Source of the DNA: Camelus dromedarius
Taxonomy: Eukaryota
Assembly: GCF_036321535.1 (NCBI RefSeq)
Contig: NC_087436.1
Location: 29,638,001 to 29,702,000, forward strand
Direction of reading: 5' to 3'
Length of the DNA stretch: 64,000 nucleotides
The position numbers and the translations under genes were made by a program. Shown here one piece after another: positions 1 through 14,070 of this stretch (position 1 is its first letter; every line of letters starts with the position of its first letter). Under the pieces are notes generated by a model. It was given only the letters and a program-made list of their open reading frames with translations, was not told the DNA's origin and made no database searches.

Positions 1-1561
1 CTTGTAGACATTTTCCCTCTAAAACTATTCTCTGAATATCAAACAGAATTGCATGATAAGTTCTGCTTAAAATACCAATAAAAATTATATTAAAAACTCT
101 GTTTTAATTCTAAATCCTAATTGTTTTCACTTGAAGCAGAGCCTGAAGTGAAAATTAGGATCTAACACTGTTTGGAAAATGTAAGTTCAGGGCAGTGGGA
201 ATTAAAATGATGACAACAGTAATAACAATAATAAAAATAAGGGAGGGAAGATATAACTCAGTTGTATTCTGTACCTCACTAAGTGGCTACTACTTAATAA
301 AGTTACTTGCTCCTCAGACTATTAGAAAGGTAAGAAGAGAAGGAATGGGATTTACCTGTTCAGATTCCTCCTGTTTCCTGTCAAAGTTGATTTCCTAAAT
401 TATTTGATATTATAAAGTTTATCACCCATGAAAATCTGTATATCTAAGTTGATAAGATGTATTTTTAAAGTCCTATGCTGTTATGTTAATTTAATAGTAA
501 TAGTAACTTGATTTTCTTATTTTATTTCCTTGCAAATAATGTGCTGTCCTTCAGGAAAATTTTTCTCAGTTGTTATCCGTCAAAACCCTCAAAATATAAT
601 TGCACTGCAGACACCAAGTCAGTAATATTGACTCAACTTCATTATCTGACTTTTTTCTATGAAAATGTTTTATCCCTTCTCTACCAGCAGAGTATTGTAA
701 AGTCAGGTATTAGGAGGTAGACCTAACACTTTCTCTAAAAATCTCCCTCAGACCAGCCACCAAGAAATCATGATCTTTTTTTCCAGTTAAATACAATATA
801 TTTCTTTATGCAATACTAGTTTAGCATACAACATGATAAGTTTCATCTGGAGAGTAACATTTTGGGGTAAAAGATGATAAATTTTATATGATGTGCTTTT
901 AATACAAATTTGCAGTGGTGTAGGCTTGGTATCTCCCTGTAGATAAATAAATATATGTATGTACTTAAAGTCATTATGTAGTTAAACATTAAATGAAATT
1001 ATTATTAAAGATTAGCAATTATGTTTTTATACTTGAAATAACATTTTTCTACTCTAAAAATATATTTATGTATTAATTAAGAACTCAAATATGTCATACA
1101 AAAATATGTAATATGTGGTATAAAATAGTATTACAGTTGGGTACCTTTAAATTATATGATTGAAATATTTTAATAGTAAAATTTCAAAGACAAAGTAAAA
1201 GATATGCTAGCTTCATTTTATACACCATCGGATATTCAATATTTATTGTATTTATTAAAGACTGATATTTATTGGGGATATTGTCTTACTATCTTATAAA
1301 TTCAGAAACTTTTGACTGAATATGATAAACACATGCACACTAATACACTCATATACATAATACACATATGTATTAAAAATCAGTCACTTATCTCAATGTT
1401 TTATGAACGTATGAACTTAACTGTCCCTGACAGAAACTACAGTTGATCAATGTTGACAAAATAATTGTTAATTTCAGTTTTCAGAAATGGCTGAGAAGAG
1501 GAGGTAACGAGGCTTACTATGTGTATTTGAAAATTAAAGACTTTTTTTTTTTTCCCTAGTG

Positions 1562-1773
1562 CAATTGTTCTCAACAGGAGAAGGTGGGCTCCTTTGGGGG
1601 ATATTTGACAATGTCAGCAGACATTTTTGGTTGTCATACCTTGCTGGAGGGTGCCACTGGCATCTAGAATATAGAGGCCAAGGATGCTGCCAAACATCTT
1701 GCAATGTTCAAGAGACAGCAACAACAAAACATACTGGGCCCAAAATTTCAACACACTAAGTTGAGAAAATATG
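1562..1773 (+). mobile_element. MER20-like hAT-Charlie DNA transposon remnant
   Basis: Diagnostic MER20 text 'gacatttttggttgtca...ccactggcatctag..tagaggccaaggatgctgc.aaacatc.tgcaatg', with degenerate termini caattgttctcaac / gttgagaaaatatg. Confidence 0.85.
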
Positions 1774-3638
1774 TTGTAGAGAAAGAAAAAAAAAAAGGCA
1801 GGAGAAAAAATACAGTAGGCAGGTGTGTCAAGATGGCACTTAACGTTTTCAGAAATGGTACGTCCAGTACTTGATTTTAAGTTTTATGTAACAAGCAGCC
1901 TCTTGGTTAAACGGCAGCTCAGGTAAAACCTATTACAAATATAATGAGTAGATGACGTCTGGTTTGACAGTGAACCAAACATCAGGAGGACAACAGACAC
2001 CTAAATCTATAGGTAGAAGTGACTGTGAGACTATAAAACTCCAGAAACGGCAAGAAGTCTTGGGACAGCATTAAGCTTTCCAGCATCCATGAAACGAACA
2101 TTTAATTCCCTTATAAATGCAAGCCTGAGTGTGAGCTCAGCAGATTTATATTGATGCATCAGAAAAATGAGAGGAACCAAAGTATTGAACTAGGGATCAT
2201 CTGAAATAAGATGAATTCCATTGTGCTTCATTAAAATTTTCAATTGTCATTCTTTAGTTTTTCATGTATTTTAAGTAAACCAAAATTATAAATATTAAAA
2301 TACGTTATACTAAAGTGTATAGTTGAATAAGGTAGATTTAGCAATGCAGAGATGTTTACCTTTAAAATTACAATTATGTCAACTAAATTTGAAAACTATG
2401 CAGCTAACTAGCTGTACTGATTTATGAATATATCAAAGAATGCATGTTTGTATGATTTAGATAACTTCCAATGCTTTATAGTTACCATATTAATGGAGAT
2501 CCAGAAAAAAACCTTCTTTTTAAAAAACAGTCATTTTTTAAATAAAGTGGGCTATCACAGGGTTTTAAATCTATGTTCTTATTCTTAAAATGTTCTATTC
2601 TTATGGTGCCAAAAAACGAGTAATGAGATGGAAAAAAGATGATACAGTATAATATATATCCATACCAGTAATGTAATGAACTCAGAAGGGCAGTAAAAAA
2701 TCAATTATTTTTATGAGTATTTTAAGATTTCAGTTTTAGATGGTTATTTTCAGAGCCATGTGTAAATGTTATGATAACACAATGTAAAAGAGCAGATGGT
2801 TTCTTTTAAAGCATATGATCTGCATATAGACTCAATATAACTTTGATAATATTCACCTAACAAAACCCTTGTGACTAGAGAAGATCTAAATACTATCTAA
2901 CTAGAGACATGTAAAAACACCTAGGCTTCAGATAATTATTTCTAAAATTACATTTATCTATCTTTAATTGCTTCAGCCAACACACCACAGATACACAGTT
3001 CAATTATCACTTATTCAATTTTTTTTTCTTCAAAATAGTAATTATTTGCAGGTATTCATTAGTATAGCTCCTAAGAGAATGAAAAAAAAAATCAATAGAT
3101 CTGTTATCCATCCAAAAACCAAAGAAGGCATTTTGTTTCTGTGAGTACAGGAGCCTAATTTTTATATCCTTTTAGTCAATACTGAAGAAAAAATAAAATA
3201 ATCATAGTGTGTTTACATTGTACCACTTTGAACACATTTCCCCTATATCTGAGAGGGTTCTCCAGATATTACTTCAATCATTTTAGATAATTTGAATTGA
3301 TAATTTTGACCAGCAGAGACCGAACAAAACAAGTCATCAAGATTAGATGGATTTTCATTCATCTTACGAGGCAATTTTTTCTTCAATCGTAAGATTCCTT
3401 CTAAATTACAATGGCAGAATAATCTCTGCAGAGATTTATACTTTTCTGGTATGGTCCATCCTCTGCAGGAACATGTATCACAAATATTCAATCTTGGTTT
3501 TTCCCACACAGTTTGTGATTCCTCTGTGGTTTTATTTAACATCTATGTGATGCATACAATAATATTTGATTAAGAAGGTGACAGTGAAATTAATGTTCTG
3601 TTCTGTGTGTTACTGAGAAAAGTCTCTGAGCTATAAGC

Positions 3639-3798
3639 CAGTCTTCTCAAACTTTAATATGCACACACACTATCTAGCACTTTGTTTAACTGCTGATTCT
3701 GGTTCAGTAGGTCTGGAGTGAGGACTGAAATTGTGTACGTTCCTGGTTAATGACAACTACCCTAGTCCTTGAGGCTGACACTGCTTTTTTATGAGAAA
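3639..3798. mobile_element. MER5A-like hAT-Charlie MITE (degraded)
   Basis: 'cagtcttctcaaact...gattctggttcagtaggtctggagtgagg' matches the recalled MER5A consensus. Confidence 0.65.
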
Positions 3799-4367
3799 AA
3801 TTTGTGAAACAACTATAAAGGACTTAGCAGTGTATCTAAGAAGAAACAATAGTATGTGTAAGCTACTAGCTAGATATCAAGCTTCCAAAAGAACATATGA
3901 ATAATGGATACTAGTTTAATAGTTATTTAAGAATAACTACCAACCCTCATCATTTCAGGTCTGTGTCTTTTCTTTCTCCCTCCTTGTTTCTTTTATCTGT
4001 TGTTCTCTGTTGTTATTATTTAAGTTTCAACTGAACAATTTTCTTCTTTTTCATATTTATTACTTATTCAGAAAGCCTAGGTAATTTGAAGGGGAATTTG
4101 TTTTTTTTTTCCAGTTCTTATGATATATGTTATTCAGTGACATCATTCTATTTTTGGAGTTATTACACAAAAATATAGATTGCTTCTTCAATATTGACTC
4201 TTACATTGTCTTGCATTCCTAGAGGTACATTTTGGATTTTTCGTTTCTTTGTTTCAGTAATTGTCACGAAGAAAATCAGCAGGAGCATGAGTTGGTTAGT
4301 AGGTTAAATGAGTTTTGGCATTTTTCTCCGTCGAATTTGATGCCATGGGTTTTTTTGCAAAATAGCA

Positions 4368-5935
4368 AGGTTTATATTTAGAGAACTTTTAGGTTCACAG
4401 CAAAACTAGTGGAAATTACAGAGATCCCATATCTTTCTGCCCTTACACATGCATTACAACCCCACTATCAATGCATCCGTTGCAGTGATATATCTGTTAT
4501 AATCTGTGAACCTGCTTTGACACATCAGTATCACCCAAAGTCCATCATTTACATTAAACTTATTCCTAGGGTTGTTCATTGTAAGTCTTTGGATAAACGT
4601 ATAATGACATATATCAACCACTGTTGTATCATATGGAAGTTTCACTGCCTTAAAAATCCTCTATGCTCTGCCTATTTATCCATCCTTCCTCCCACCTCCT
4701 GGCAACCACTTATTTTTTTACTGTCTCCATAGTTTTGCCTTTTCCAGAAAGTCATATTGTTGAATCATGCAGTGTAAATCTTTCTCAGATTGGCTTATTT
4801 GACTTAGTGATATATGTTAATGTTCTCCATGTCTTTTCATGATTTAATAGTTCATTTTTTAGCACTAAATAATGTTCCATTGTCTGGACCTACCACAGTT
4901 TATTTTTCCATTTATCTTCTGAAGGACTTCTTAGTTGTTTTCAAATCTGGGCAATTATGAATGAGGCTACTGTAAACATTGTGTGCAGGATTTTGCGTGG
5001 ACATGTTTTCAACACCTTTGGGTAAGTACCAAGGAGCACATTTGCTCGATAGTGTGGTATGAGTATTTTGAGTTCTGTAAGACCAAACTTTTCCAAAATG
5101 GTGGTACTGTTTTGCATTCCCACCAGCAATGTAAGAGAATTCTTGTTGCTCTGTCTTCTCACAGGCTTTTCGTGTTGTCAGTGTTCCAGATTTTTGGCCA
5201 TTCCTATAGGTGTCCAGTGGTATCTTGTTGTTATAATTTTCATTTCCCTGATGACACATGTGTGGAGCATCTTTTCATACGCTTATTTACCCTCTGTATA
5301 TGTTCTTGGAAGAGGTATTTGTTAAAGTTTTTCCCAGTTTTTCAATCTGGCTGTTTGTATACTTATTGTTGAGTTTTAAGAGTTCTTTGTATATTTTGAA
5401 TAAGTCCTTTATCAGATGTGTCTTTTGCAGGTATTTTCTCCTAGTCTATGGCTTGTCTTCTCAATCTCTTGATATTGCCTTTTGCAGAGGAGCTTTCAAT
5501 TTTAATAAAGTCCAGCTTATCAATTATTTTTTAATGGATTGTACCTTTGGTGTTGTAGCTAAAAAGCCTCACCATATCCTAGGTTGTTGAGGGTTTTCTT
5601 TACTTATGTTATCTTCTAGTAGTTTTATGTTTAATGTTTTATATTAGTCTGTGATCCATTTTGAGGTAATTTTTAGAAGAGTATAAGATCTTTATCTAGA
5701 TTCATTCTTTTTCCATGTGAGTATCTCATTTTATAAGCAACATTTGTTGAAAAAAACTATCTTTGCTCCATTGTATTGCCTTTTCTCCTTCGTTAAAGTC
5801 TAGTTGACTATTTTTATTTGGATCTATTTCTGGGCTCTCTATGCTGTTACACTGATCTTTTTGTCTATTATTTTGCCAACACCATGCAGTCTCGATTACT
5901 GCAGCTTGCTTTATTCTAAGTCTTAAAGTTGGTTA
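4368..5935 (-). mobile_element. LINE-1 3' portion (ORF2 end + 3' UTR), L1MC1-like, old eutherian
   Basis: 'ttttaggttcacagcaaaa...acacatcagtatcacccaaagtccat...tttcactgccttaaaaatcctctatgctctgcctatt' is the L1MC1-type 3' UTR in antisense. Minus-strand ORF fragments 4912-5259 and 4941-5162 are degenerate ORF2 C-terminus. Confidence 0.9.
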
Positions 5936-5983
5936 ATAGATTTTGATAAAATTAACCTCTTTACATGTATGATTATTTGAATT

Positions 5984-6568
5984 TGTATTAGTTTTCTATT
6001 GTGGAGTAATACATTACAGAAAAATTATAGCTCATTGAAACAATATTCATTTATTATCTCACAATTTTGTAGGTCAGAAATCTATGCAAAATGAGTTCTT
6101 TGCTTACAGCCACACAAGACTGAAGTCAAAGTGTTGGTTGAGCTAGGCTTTTTTCTGGATGCTCTTGGGGAGAATCAGCTTCTCAGCTCATTCTACATGT
6201 TGACCAGAAACTAGCTCTTTGTGGTTGGATGTCTCCGAGTCCTTGCTGGCTGCCAGGTGGGGCTTGGTCCCTGCTCCTAAAAGCTGCCTGTGTCCTTCTC
6301 AAGCAGCCCTTCCATTTCTCAGCCACTGATGGAATCTATGTCTCATTTTGAATGTTTCCCATGATTGAATGTACCTGACTTTTCCTTCTGCCAACAGCTA
6401 GAGAAAACGCTCTGATTTTACCTGATTGGTTCAGACTCACTGGAACAGTCTTCCTGACAGTCAAGTGACTTGGGACTTGCATTTCATCTGCAAAATTCCA
6501 TCTTAGGAGTAGTTGAGAACAAGGGAACGGTCTCTTGGGAAGCCCTCTTTAGAATTCTTCTCACCACA
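5984..6568 (-). mobile_element. MaLR solo LTR, MLT1 (MLT1E-like)
   Basis: Begins tgtattagttttctattg, has 'tttattatctcacaattttgtaggtcagaaatc', ends 'agaattcttctcaccaca' (TG...CA termini). Confidence 0.75.
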
Positions 6569-7087
6569 AACCTTATCCACTACAGCACAAGCACATCAGT
6601 TTCCACAAGCTGCTCCCCCTCCTGGATAACTGAGGGGTTGTGCCTATCCTTATAGTATTTCCATATATTTTTGAGCTCTATGTTTCTTCCCCATAAAAAG
6701 AGCTAATTAGAAGATATTTCTTTTTCTATTATGTATATTTAATATACATTGTTTTCTTGTCCTCCTACTCTTTTTTTTTTTGGCTTGTTCCTTTACTCTT
6801 TGTTTTTGTAACACTTATGATTTTCCTCTGTCTTTTTATTGTTTCTAAGAACACAGAAATCTTTTCTTCCTTTATAAAAATCAAACTTAGTAGCAGCGAG
6901 AGGCTTATACAATATTGAAACCCTTCAAAGATATACAATTTCTTTTTAATTTTGTGCCATCCTCCTACCAGTAAACCTCAAACTCCTAAATGTAAGGTCT
7001 TTCGCCTACTAAAATTTTTCAGCATGAGGCTCTACACATATAGTCATCTTAAGGAACACTTTTAACACTATTGATTAATTAAAATAA

Positions 7088-7260
7088 AGGCTCTCAAATT
7101 TTAATAATTTTCAGAATCATTTAATAAGATCATTAAAAATGTGGATTCTTTTGCCCTAGCTTACAAAAGATTCTAATTTAGCATGCCTAGATTGGGAACA
7201 ATAAAACTACACTGATGATAATACAAGTGATAAATATGCAATACAATTAGAAACAACATT
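7088..7260. mobile_element. MER5-like hAT-Charlie remnant (highly degraded)
   Basis: 'ctctcaaatttt...cagaatca...ttaaaaatgtggattctt.tgccc...gattctaatttagca' resembles MER5A/B. Confidence 0.45.
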
Positions 7261-7735
7261 CTGGGCTCCATCTGCTCACATGCACACACACACTCACACA
7301 CACATTCCACACACATATTCGTGCAGCACTGGAACACATACATGCAGTCATATCAAGTGATGCCCCTTCCTGGCTTCTCAAGTGAAATTACAGTTTTGTC
7401 CTACATATTTTATTTTGCTAGTCCCCATGGTCAGATATATGGAACCGAGTCCTGAAAGCAGGACCGCAGACCACAGTTATTATTAACTGCTCTCCAGCCT
7501 CCAGTATTCCACTATTAGGCCAGGCACTATCAGTGTGCATGGAGCATGGTGTTCAAAGAATAATGACCTTGGGAATTGAAGATAAAGCTAAATGTGCATT
7601 TATGAAAGGCTTATGTGCTTCACAAAGAAGCTGAGACTTCAATCCATAAAGAGAACGAAGCATTCCTAGAAACAAAATCATTCACCTTCAGTCGGAGAAC
7701 AGAAGCCACTTTTTATAGGCCTGATATAAAGGATT

Positions 7736-8205
7736 TGTAACAAAGGGTATGTAACAAATGACCTGCACGTCCCTAGGAAAAGCTGAGGGGCTGGAGGTCA
7801 GGGAAACTGATGCTGTAGGTTATAAAGCTTCCAACAAAGGCCAGGCTAACTGTAAAAATCTTCTTTTGATGCAGTAGTGAGTGGTTCTCAGAACTTGCCA
7901 CAATTCCTGCAATTCTTATGAGTATCTGTGAGACTCCACCAATTCCCTGTGCTGCAGCTAAGTGCTCACTGGTGAAGCACACAGCACCTCATTCATGTCC
8001 GACCACACTTCTGGTCACTGATGCTGCCTGGGTAATGCAGCTCCTGGGGCTCCTCCTCACCTCTTCCTCAGATCTCCTGGACCCTTATACCTTGTTAGTT
8101 TCCTTAAAATCCTTTTCAACCACTTTAAATAACTTCTCAATTAAATCTTTTCCTTTAATTGCCCAGTGTTAATGTTATTTTTCCCCCTAGGGCCCTGATT
8201 GACGG
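7736..8205 (+). mobile_element. Probable old ERVL-class solo LTR
   Basis: Locally GC-richer block ending in an LTR-like tail 'attaaatcttttcctttaattgcccagtgtt...ccctgattgac'. Subfamily not assigned. Confidence 0.35.
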
Positions 8206-8692
8206 CCCTAAAATTTTATCTGATGTTTTCCATTATATCTGAACATCAGAACTGTTCTATTAGTATCAGTGGGATAATTAAATTTAGCTCATTAATATTA
8301 ACTGAGAAGGTCCAATTAACCTAGTCGATACCAAAATGTAACCTTCTTAGTAAACAATTTCACATGGTGTTTGTATATTAGAACCCTACCTCTCAAAGTT
8401 CAATAGTATTTTGTTTTTTAAAAAAAATAAATCTTCAAGAGCACTCTTTGCATGTTCCTGATAAATAATAAATATATACGAAATCTAATTTTTAAAAAAT
8501 GACCATGAATAAAAATTTTGAAAGTACTATATATTCCCTTTTGTTTTGCAATGATTTCGTAATATAGTAATTTTGATAAACTAAGAGAATTTTGAAAACA
8601 GTTATAGACGATATATCTATTAGTATATTTTTTAATGTATAGAATGGCCTTTAAAGTTATAAAAACTTGTTTCCATCTTCGTTTAAAAAAGG

Positions 8693-9110
8693 TAATGGCT
8701 GAGTAGTATTCCATTGTATAAATACACCACAGTTTTATTATGCAGTCATCTGTCAATGGACATTTAACCTGCTTCTGTATCTTGGCTATTGTATATAGTG
8801 CTGCTATGAACATTGGGGTGCATTTATTTTTTCAAACTAGAGTTCCCTCCAGATATGCCCAGCAATGGGATTGCTAGATCATATGGTAAGTCTGTTTTTA
8901 GTTTCTTGAGGAATATTAACTACTATATACATAATAGATGAACAATAAGTTTCTCTTGTATAGTACAGGGAATCATATTCAATATTTTGTAGTAACCTAT
9001 AATGAAAAATAAAATGAAAATGAATATATGTATATATATATGTATGACTGAAACATTATGATGTACACCAGAAATTGACACATTGTAATCTATGCTTCAA
9101 TTAAAAAAAA
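8693..9110 (+). mobile_element. Lineage-specific L1 3' end with 5' inversion (8693-8914 antisense, 8918-9110 sense + poly(A))
   Basis: The antisense part is homologous to ~13375-13590 of the L1 copy in this window and the sense part to 13841-14070. A-tail at 9103-9110; tt|aaaaaag at the left flank. Confidence 0.85.
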
Positions 9111-9494
9111 GAAGCAACAGTGATATGCTTTCTGTGGCCTTAGAGGTAAGTTTTCTGATTTTAGATTTTTATATTTGCTTTTTCTATGTAGACATAAATA
9201 TATGAAAAGCAAGTAACAGAGATCTAGAAAAAATAAATCACCTTTCCCTTTCCTAATGTATGTATAATATTGGGAGAATCACAGACTCATATGATCAGAA
9301 TTGCATCCATGTTCACTGTATAGGTTGCTCTTCAAAAATATTTTAGTTATAATCTGGCATAAATTTGCACAAATCATGAAAAGGCTCTAATTCTTGGAAG
9401 TCAGCTAGAAAGGACACTATTAACACAGTCTAAAAAAATAACCACAATTAATCCATACTTAACTTCATTATGACAGCTTTGAAAACCAGTCCAA

Positions 9495-9980
9495 TTTTGC
9501 TGGCTTATGGATGCTGTAACAGATTACTACCAATGTGATGGCTAAAAGAACAGAAATGTACTGTATTCCAGTTGTGGAGGCCAGAGGTCTGAAATCACTG
9601 GGCTGAAATCAAGGTGTCGACCAGTCCACACTCCCTCTGGTGGCCCTAGTAGACTCTTTCTGTCCTGACACCCAGCTTCTGTTGGCTGCAAGCACTCCTT
9701 GGCTGCATCACTCCGATCTTCAAGGGCAGCATCTTCAAATCTCTGTCTGCTTCTACTTCATATCACCTTATCCTCTGTGTATGAAATCGCCCTCTGCCTT
9801 TCTTTTACAAGGACACATACAATTACCTTAGGGCCCACCCAGATAATCCCAGATAATCTTCCTGTCTTATGATGCTTAATGACATCTGCAGAGTCTTTTT
9901 TTCCCATGTGAAGTAGCTCTCACAAATTCTAGGGATTAGGATGTGAATAAATCTTCAGAAGCTGATACACAGCTTATCAT
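9495..9980 (-). mobile_element. MaLR solo LTR, MLT1C/D-like
   Basis: 'gctgtaacagattac...cagttgtggaggccagaggtctgaaatc...gggcccacccagataatcccagataatct...tctagggattaggatgtg'. Confidence 0.8.
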
Positions 9981-11539
9981 CCCATTCCTTTGTCTTTGAA
10001 TTCCTAGCGTCTAGAGGAAGACCTGAGAAATAGCTGGGGTTTAAAAAGTATTTTCACAAAAATAAATACGTGAATGGATTTAATTATTATTATTAAGAAT
10101 TTCAGGTATTTATATAAAATATTTTGACATTTTGTTCATGAGTTTCTATTTTTTTTAACATTTACATCGAACTACTTAGTGCAGTTTTTTTTTCCTCTGG
10201 AAAGTCTGCAGGTCAAAAATAAATCATAGGATTCAACACAGAATTTTCTCTTCTTAAATGATTATAAGTAGTGCTCATTTAAAACATTCTATCATTAAAA
10301 ATGAGATTCTGTGCTAAGTATCTCTTCCTATAATATTTAGTATTGGGTAAATATTTTGATGTACTCTGTTTTTCTTTATTTGTATATCTTTGTTTTGGGC
10401 CTTTTTTTGTTGTTGTTGTTTTTTAATTTATATATGTGGACTGCAATGCAATTAAAAAGATGAACTTACATGGATGTGCTAAATTCATTTAGAGTTCTCT
10501 GACTCATCTATATCTCATATATGTTGAAGATTTCCTTCTATAAAATTATGTGAAGTCTCTGCTACAGGGTTTCAAATTCTTTAATAATAATTTTAATAAA
10601 CACTGTCAAATTTGAAATAGTTATCACCTTGTGTTACTCTCAAATTTTTAAAAATATTAATTACTTTTCCAAGCTATATTTGAAAGCTCAATATATTCTT
10701 TAGATAATTTTGAAACTTGATGTCAATGTTTTTCCAAATGTCCACACAAATGCAAAATGATATGAAAAAATATCTGGTATAGTGCCAAGTTCAAAGAATA
10801 TTAGTTTTCTGCTTCCTTTGTTAGCTAATTGAAGTGCATAAAATCCAAGTCCCTAAATTTGTCATTAATATATTATAATAAAATCTCATTGAAAAATTTA
10901 ATGTTATTGAAATATTTAAATACAATGCTCATTCTAAAATATTTAACAACCAGAGAAATTTTAATCAAAATACACTGCACTCTTAGTGTATGAAATTGTT
11001 CTCTTTAATTGCAGAAGAATGTGCGTATGTATAGGGAGGGATATTGAAGAAACAGGTTTCCTTTTTCCCTTCTTCACCCCACCTTAATTCTTTAGACTGA
11101 ACAATATCCCAGTACTGTCCCTGACTTTCTGTGTCATCCATTGTTAGCATCTAGAAAGACTCCTGACATTCATGATTATTTTATTGTGGCAGTCCTCCAT
11201 ATCCTGAGGCAGGACTAGGAGACGGAAAAACAGGACTCACCTTGAACTACTTGTATGTTTAAATTATTACTTTACTAACAAATATGGGCAAATATTAGAA
11301 AGTACAAATAAATTAAGCTCTAAAGTAATCTTCAGAAAGACATACACAAAGTGCTTATATATGCAGGCCCCTCACAATATATCAAAGACATGATATCCTA
11401 CAAATAAGAGTTCTATCACAGTGAAAACAATGGAAAATGGCCATGTGGTTTAAATATTATACATGCTTGAGAATCATTCACTGGGTGGGATTTACAGAAA
11501 CCGTTCCTATGCCCATCACAGAAAACTGGCAGGTTACAG

Positions 11540-11822
11540 ATCAGCACACAGGACAGGGTTCATATCCCCTAGAAGGTGGGACTTAAGTTACAGGAATCAC
11601 TGACCATTCATCCAGCGCAATTAGAGACAACATAAAATAGTAATAAAATACAGACCCATGAATGAACTCAACTAAAATCAGCTGAGCAAAACTCACATTA
11701 GTAGAACCACTCCACTGAAGCTTGACCAAATTCCCAACCCATAAAACTGAACTAAAAAAGATATATTGTTTTGTGCTGATAATTTGGGGATGACATATTA
11801 CATTTCAGAGCTAATTGATACA
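11540..11822 (+). mobile_element. MLT1-type LTR 3' fragment
   Basis: Ends with the MLT1 tail 'attgttttgtgctgataatttggggatgacatattacatttcagagctaattgataca'. The 5' boundary is uncertain. Confidence 0.5.
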
Positions 11823-11824
11823 CA

Positions 11825-13190
11825 ACCCAACCAAATATGAGCAAGATCTGTACAACTATAAAAAAAATATTGAGATAAATTGAAGAGATGTAAATAAACT
11901 GAGGTATATATGTTTATACTAAGGTCATGTATAAGGAGATGTAGTGATGTGAGTGCTCCATGAATTGATCTGTAAATTCAAAACATTCCCAAATGCAACC
12001 TTCCCAGGATTTTGAATATGAAATGAAAATCTGGTTTCAAAATATTTGCTGTAACACAAATGGCTAAGAATCAACAAGACGTTCTTGAAAGGAAACAAAC
12101 AAAACAGAATAAGTGGATTTACTCAAATTCGATCATTTACCAATATTAATTATAAAGTAATTAGGACAAACATAGGAATTAGAACAGTGTGATACTGGCA
12201 TAAAGAAAGATAAAAGGAGCTGTACAGTGGAGTAAATGGTTTAAAACTACTTCTACACATAAACATACACTTGATTTATAGCAATGTTTACATTTGGCAA
12301 GATCATTTTTCAATAAATGGTGATGTCAAGTGAATATTGACATGGAAGAAAATTATCCATGACCCCTATCAAACACTATATGCTAAAAATTAATACCCAA
12401 TCCAAATGTGAAAAGTTCATCAATAAAATATAGATATAAATATGAAGTTAATTAGCATGACATATTCTGTTCATGTAAGAACACCATTATTAGTGTAAAA
12501 TCAGAGACTAGTGTAATCAATTGCAATAAATACAACTTGCAAAGTTCTCATATCCAAAGTATACAAACCTATAAGAAAATATACAAATTAGTAAGAGAAA
12601 GATGATTTTAAAAATGGAAAATAAATTTTGAAGATAATTTCACAAATGATATTCAGAAAGTCAATAAAAACACAAACTGGTATTAGGTTTAGTGTCTTAT
12701 TGTTCATTAAGAACAATATAAAATAATACAAGCACTACTTACATACTGAATGGCTAATATGAGAATATCAACAACCTGTGTTTGTGACATTCTGGAGCAA
12801 CTGGAACTCTCATACATTGCTTGTGGGTGTGTAAACTGTTACAGCCACTTAGAAAAACTAGGAGGATCTGTTAAAACTAAATAAGATAATTTCTGATGAC
12901 CCAGCAATTCTAGTTTATATTTACAATACCCTTCTCTTCCATGCAACTGTATTTTTACAAAAAGACATATATAAGAACACTCACTTACACCTTACTTGTA
13001 ATAGAAAAAACTTGGAAGACAAATAAATTATGTTTATTTAATAGAACATTACATGATAATAAAAATAAATGAATTTCTATTACACAGAAGAAAAGGAATA
13101 AATCCCAAATATACTATTTAGTAGAGAAAAACCAATATACAAAAGCATACAAACTCATTGATTTCATTTGATTAAAGTTAATAAAAATGT
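11825..13190 (+). mobile_element. Old, highly degraded LINE-1 (L1M/L1ME-type; ORF2 3' half and 3' UTR)
   Basis: L1 ORF2-like motifs 'caagatctgtac..aactataa', 'aacagtgtgatactggcataaaga', 'ttttcaataaatggtg', 'tggagcaactggaactctcatacattgcttgtgggtgtgtaaact', 'atgacccagcaattc'. Confidence 0.75.
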
Positions 13191-13254
13191 AAGATATTTC
13201 AGATTATTTCATTAGCATGTATTGTAGTTCACAGCAGAATGAACAGTTTAATGA

Positions 13255-14070
13255 TCATATTGAAAAAGTCTGCAAATAATAAATGCTAGAGAGGGTGTGG
13301 AGAAAAGGAAACCCTCCTACACTATCGGTAGGAATGTAAATTGGTGCAGCCACTATGGAAAACAGAACGGAAGTTCCTTAGAAAATGAAAAATAGACTTA
13401 CCATGTGATCCAGCAGTCCCACTTCTGGGCATATATCCAGAGGGAGCTTTAATTTAAAAAGACACATGCACCCCAATGTTCATATAAGCACTATTTACAA
13501 TAGCTAAGACATGGAAGCAAACTACATGCCCATCGACAGATGAATGGATAAAGATGTGGTATTTATATACAATGGAATATTACTCAGCCAAAAAAAGAAT
13601 GAAATAATTCTATTTGCAGCAACATGGATGGACCTAGAGATTATCTTACTAAGTAAAGTTAGGCCAGACAGAGTAAGACAAATATTACATATCACTTATA
13701 TGTGTAATCTAAAAAAAATGATACAAATGAACTTATTTATGAAACAGAAAAAGACTCACAAACATAGAAAACAAATTTATGGTTACCAAAAGGGAAAAGT
13801 GGGGAGGGATAAGTTAGGAACTTGGAATTAATAGATACATACTACTATATATAAAATACATAAACAACAAGGTCCTATTGTATAGCACACAGAACTGTAT
13901 TCAATATCCTGTAATAACCTATAATGGGAAGGAATCTGAAGAGGAATTTATGTATGTATGTATATCTATATGTATATATATACACATATATATATGTATA
14001 ACTGAATCACTTTGCTGTACGCTAGAACTAACACAACATTGTATATCAACTGTACTTCAATTACAAAAAA
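13255..14070 (+). mobile_element. Younger cetartiodactyl-type L1 3' end (5'-truncated)
   Basis: 'aaatgctagagagggtgtggagaaaaggaaaccctcctacact...gcagcaacatggatggacctagagatt...aacaacaaggtcctattgtatagcac...ctgaatcactttgctgtac...caactgtacttcaattacaaaaaa'. ORF 13544-13831 contains the ORF2-terminal 'FAATWMDLEIILLSKV'. Confidence 0.92.

Noticed and set aside
195..3550. Short ORFs of 60-100 aa here and throughout the window
   Set aside because: Biased I/F/L/K/Y composition typical of random AT-rich frames, many with non-ATG starts, no recognisable domains or exon structure.
4409..5590. Cluster of 60-130 aa ORFs
   Set aside because: All lie within the antisense L1MC-like element; they are degenerate L1 or antisense frames.
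8418..8813. 131-aa minus-strand ORF
   Set aside because: The N-terminus (MFIAALYTIAK...WCIYTMEYYSAI) is the L1 ORF2 C-terminus of the inverted L1 piece, running into AT-rich flank.
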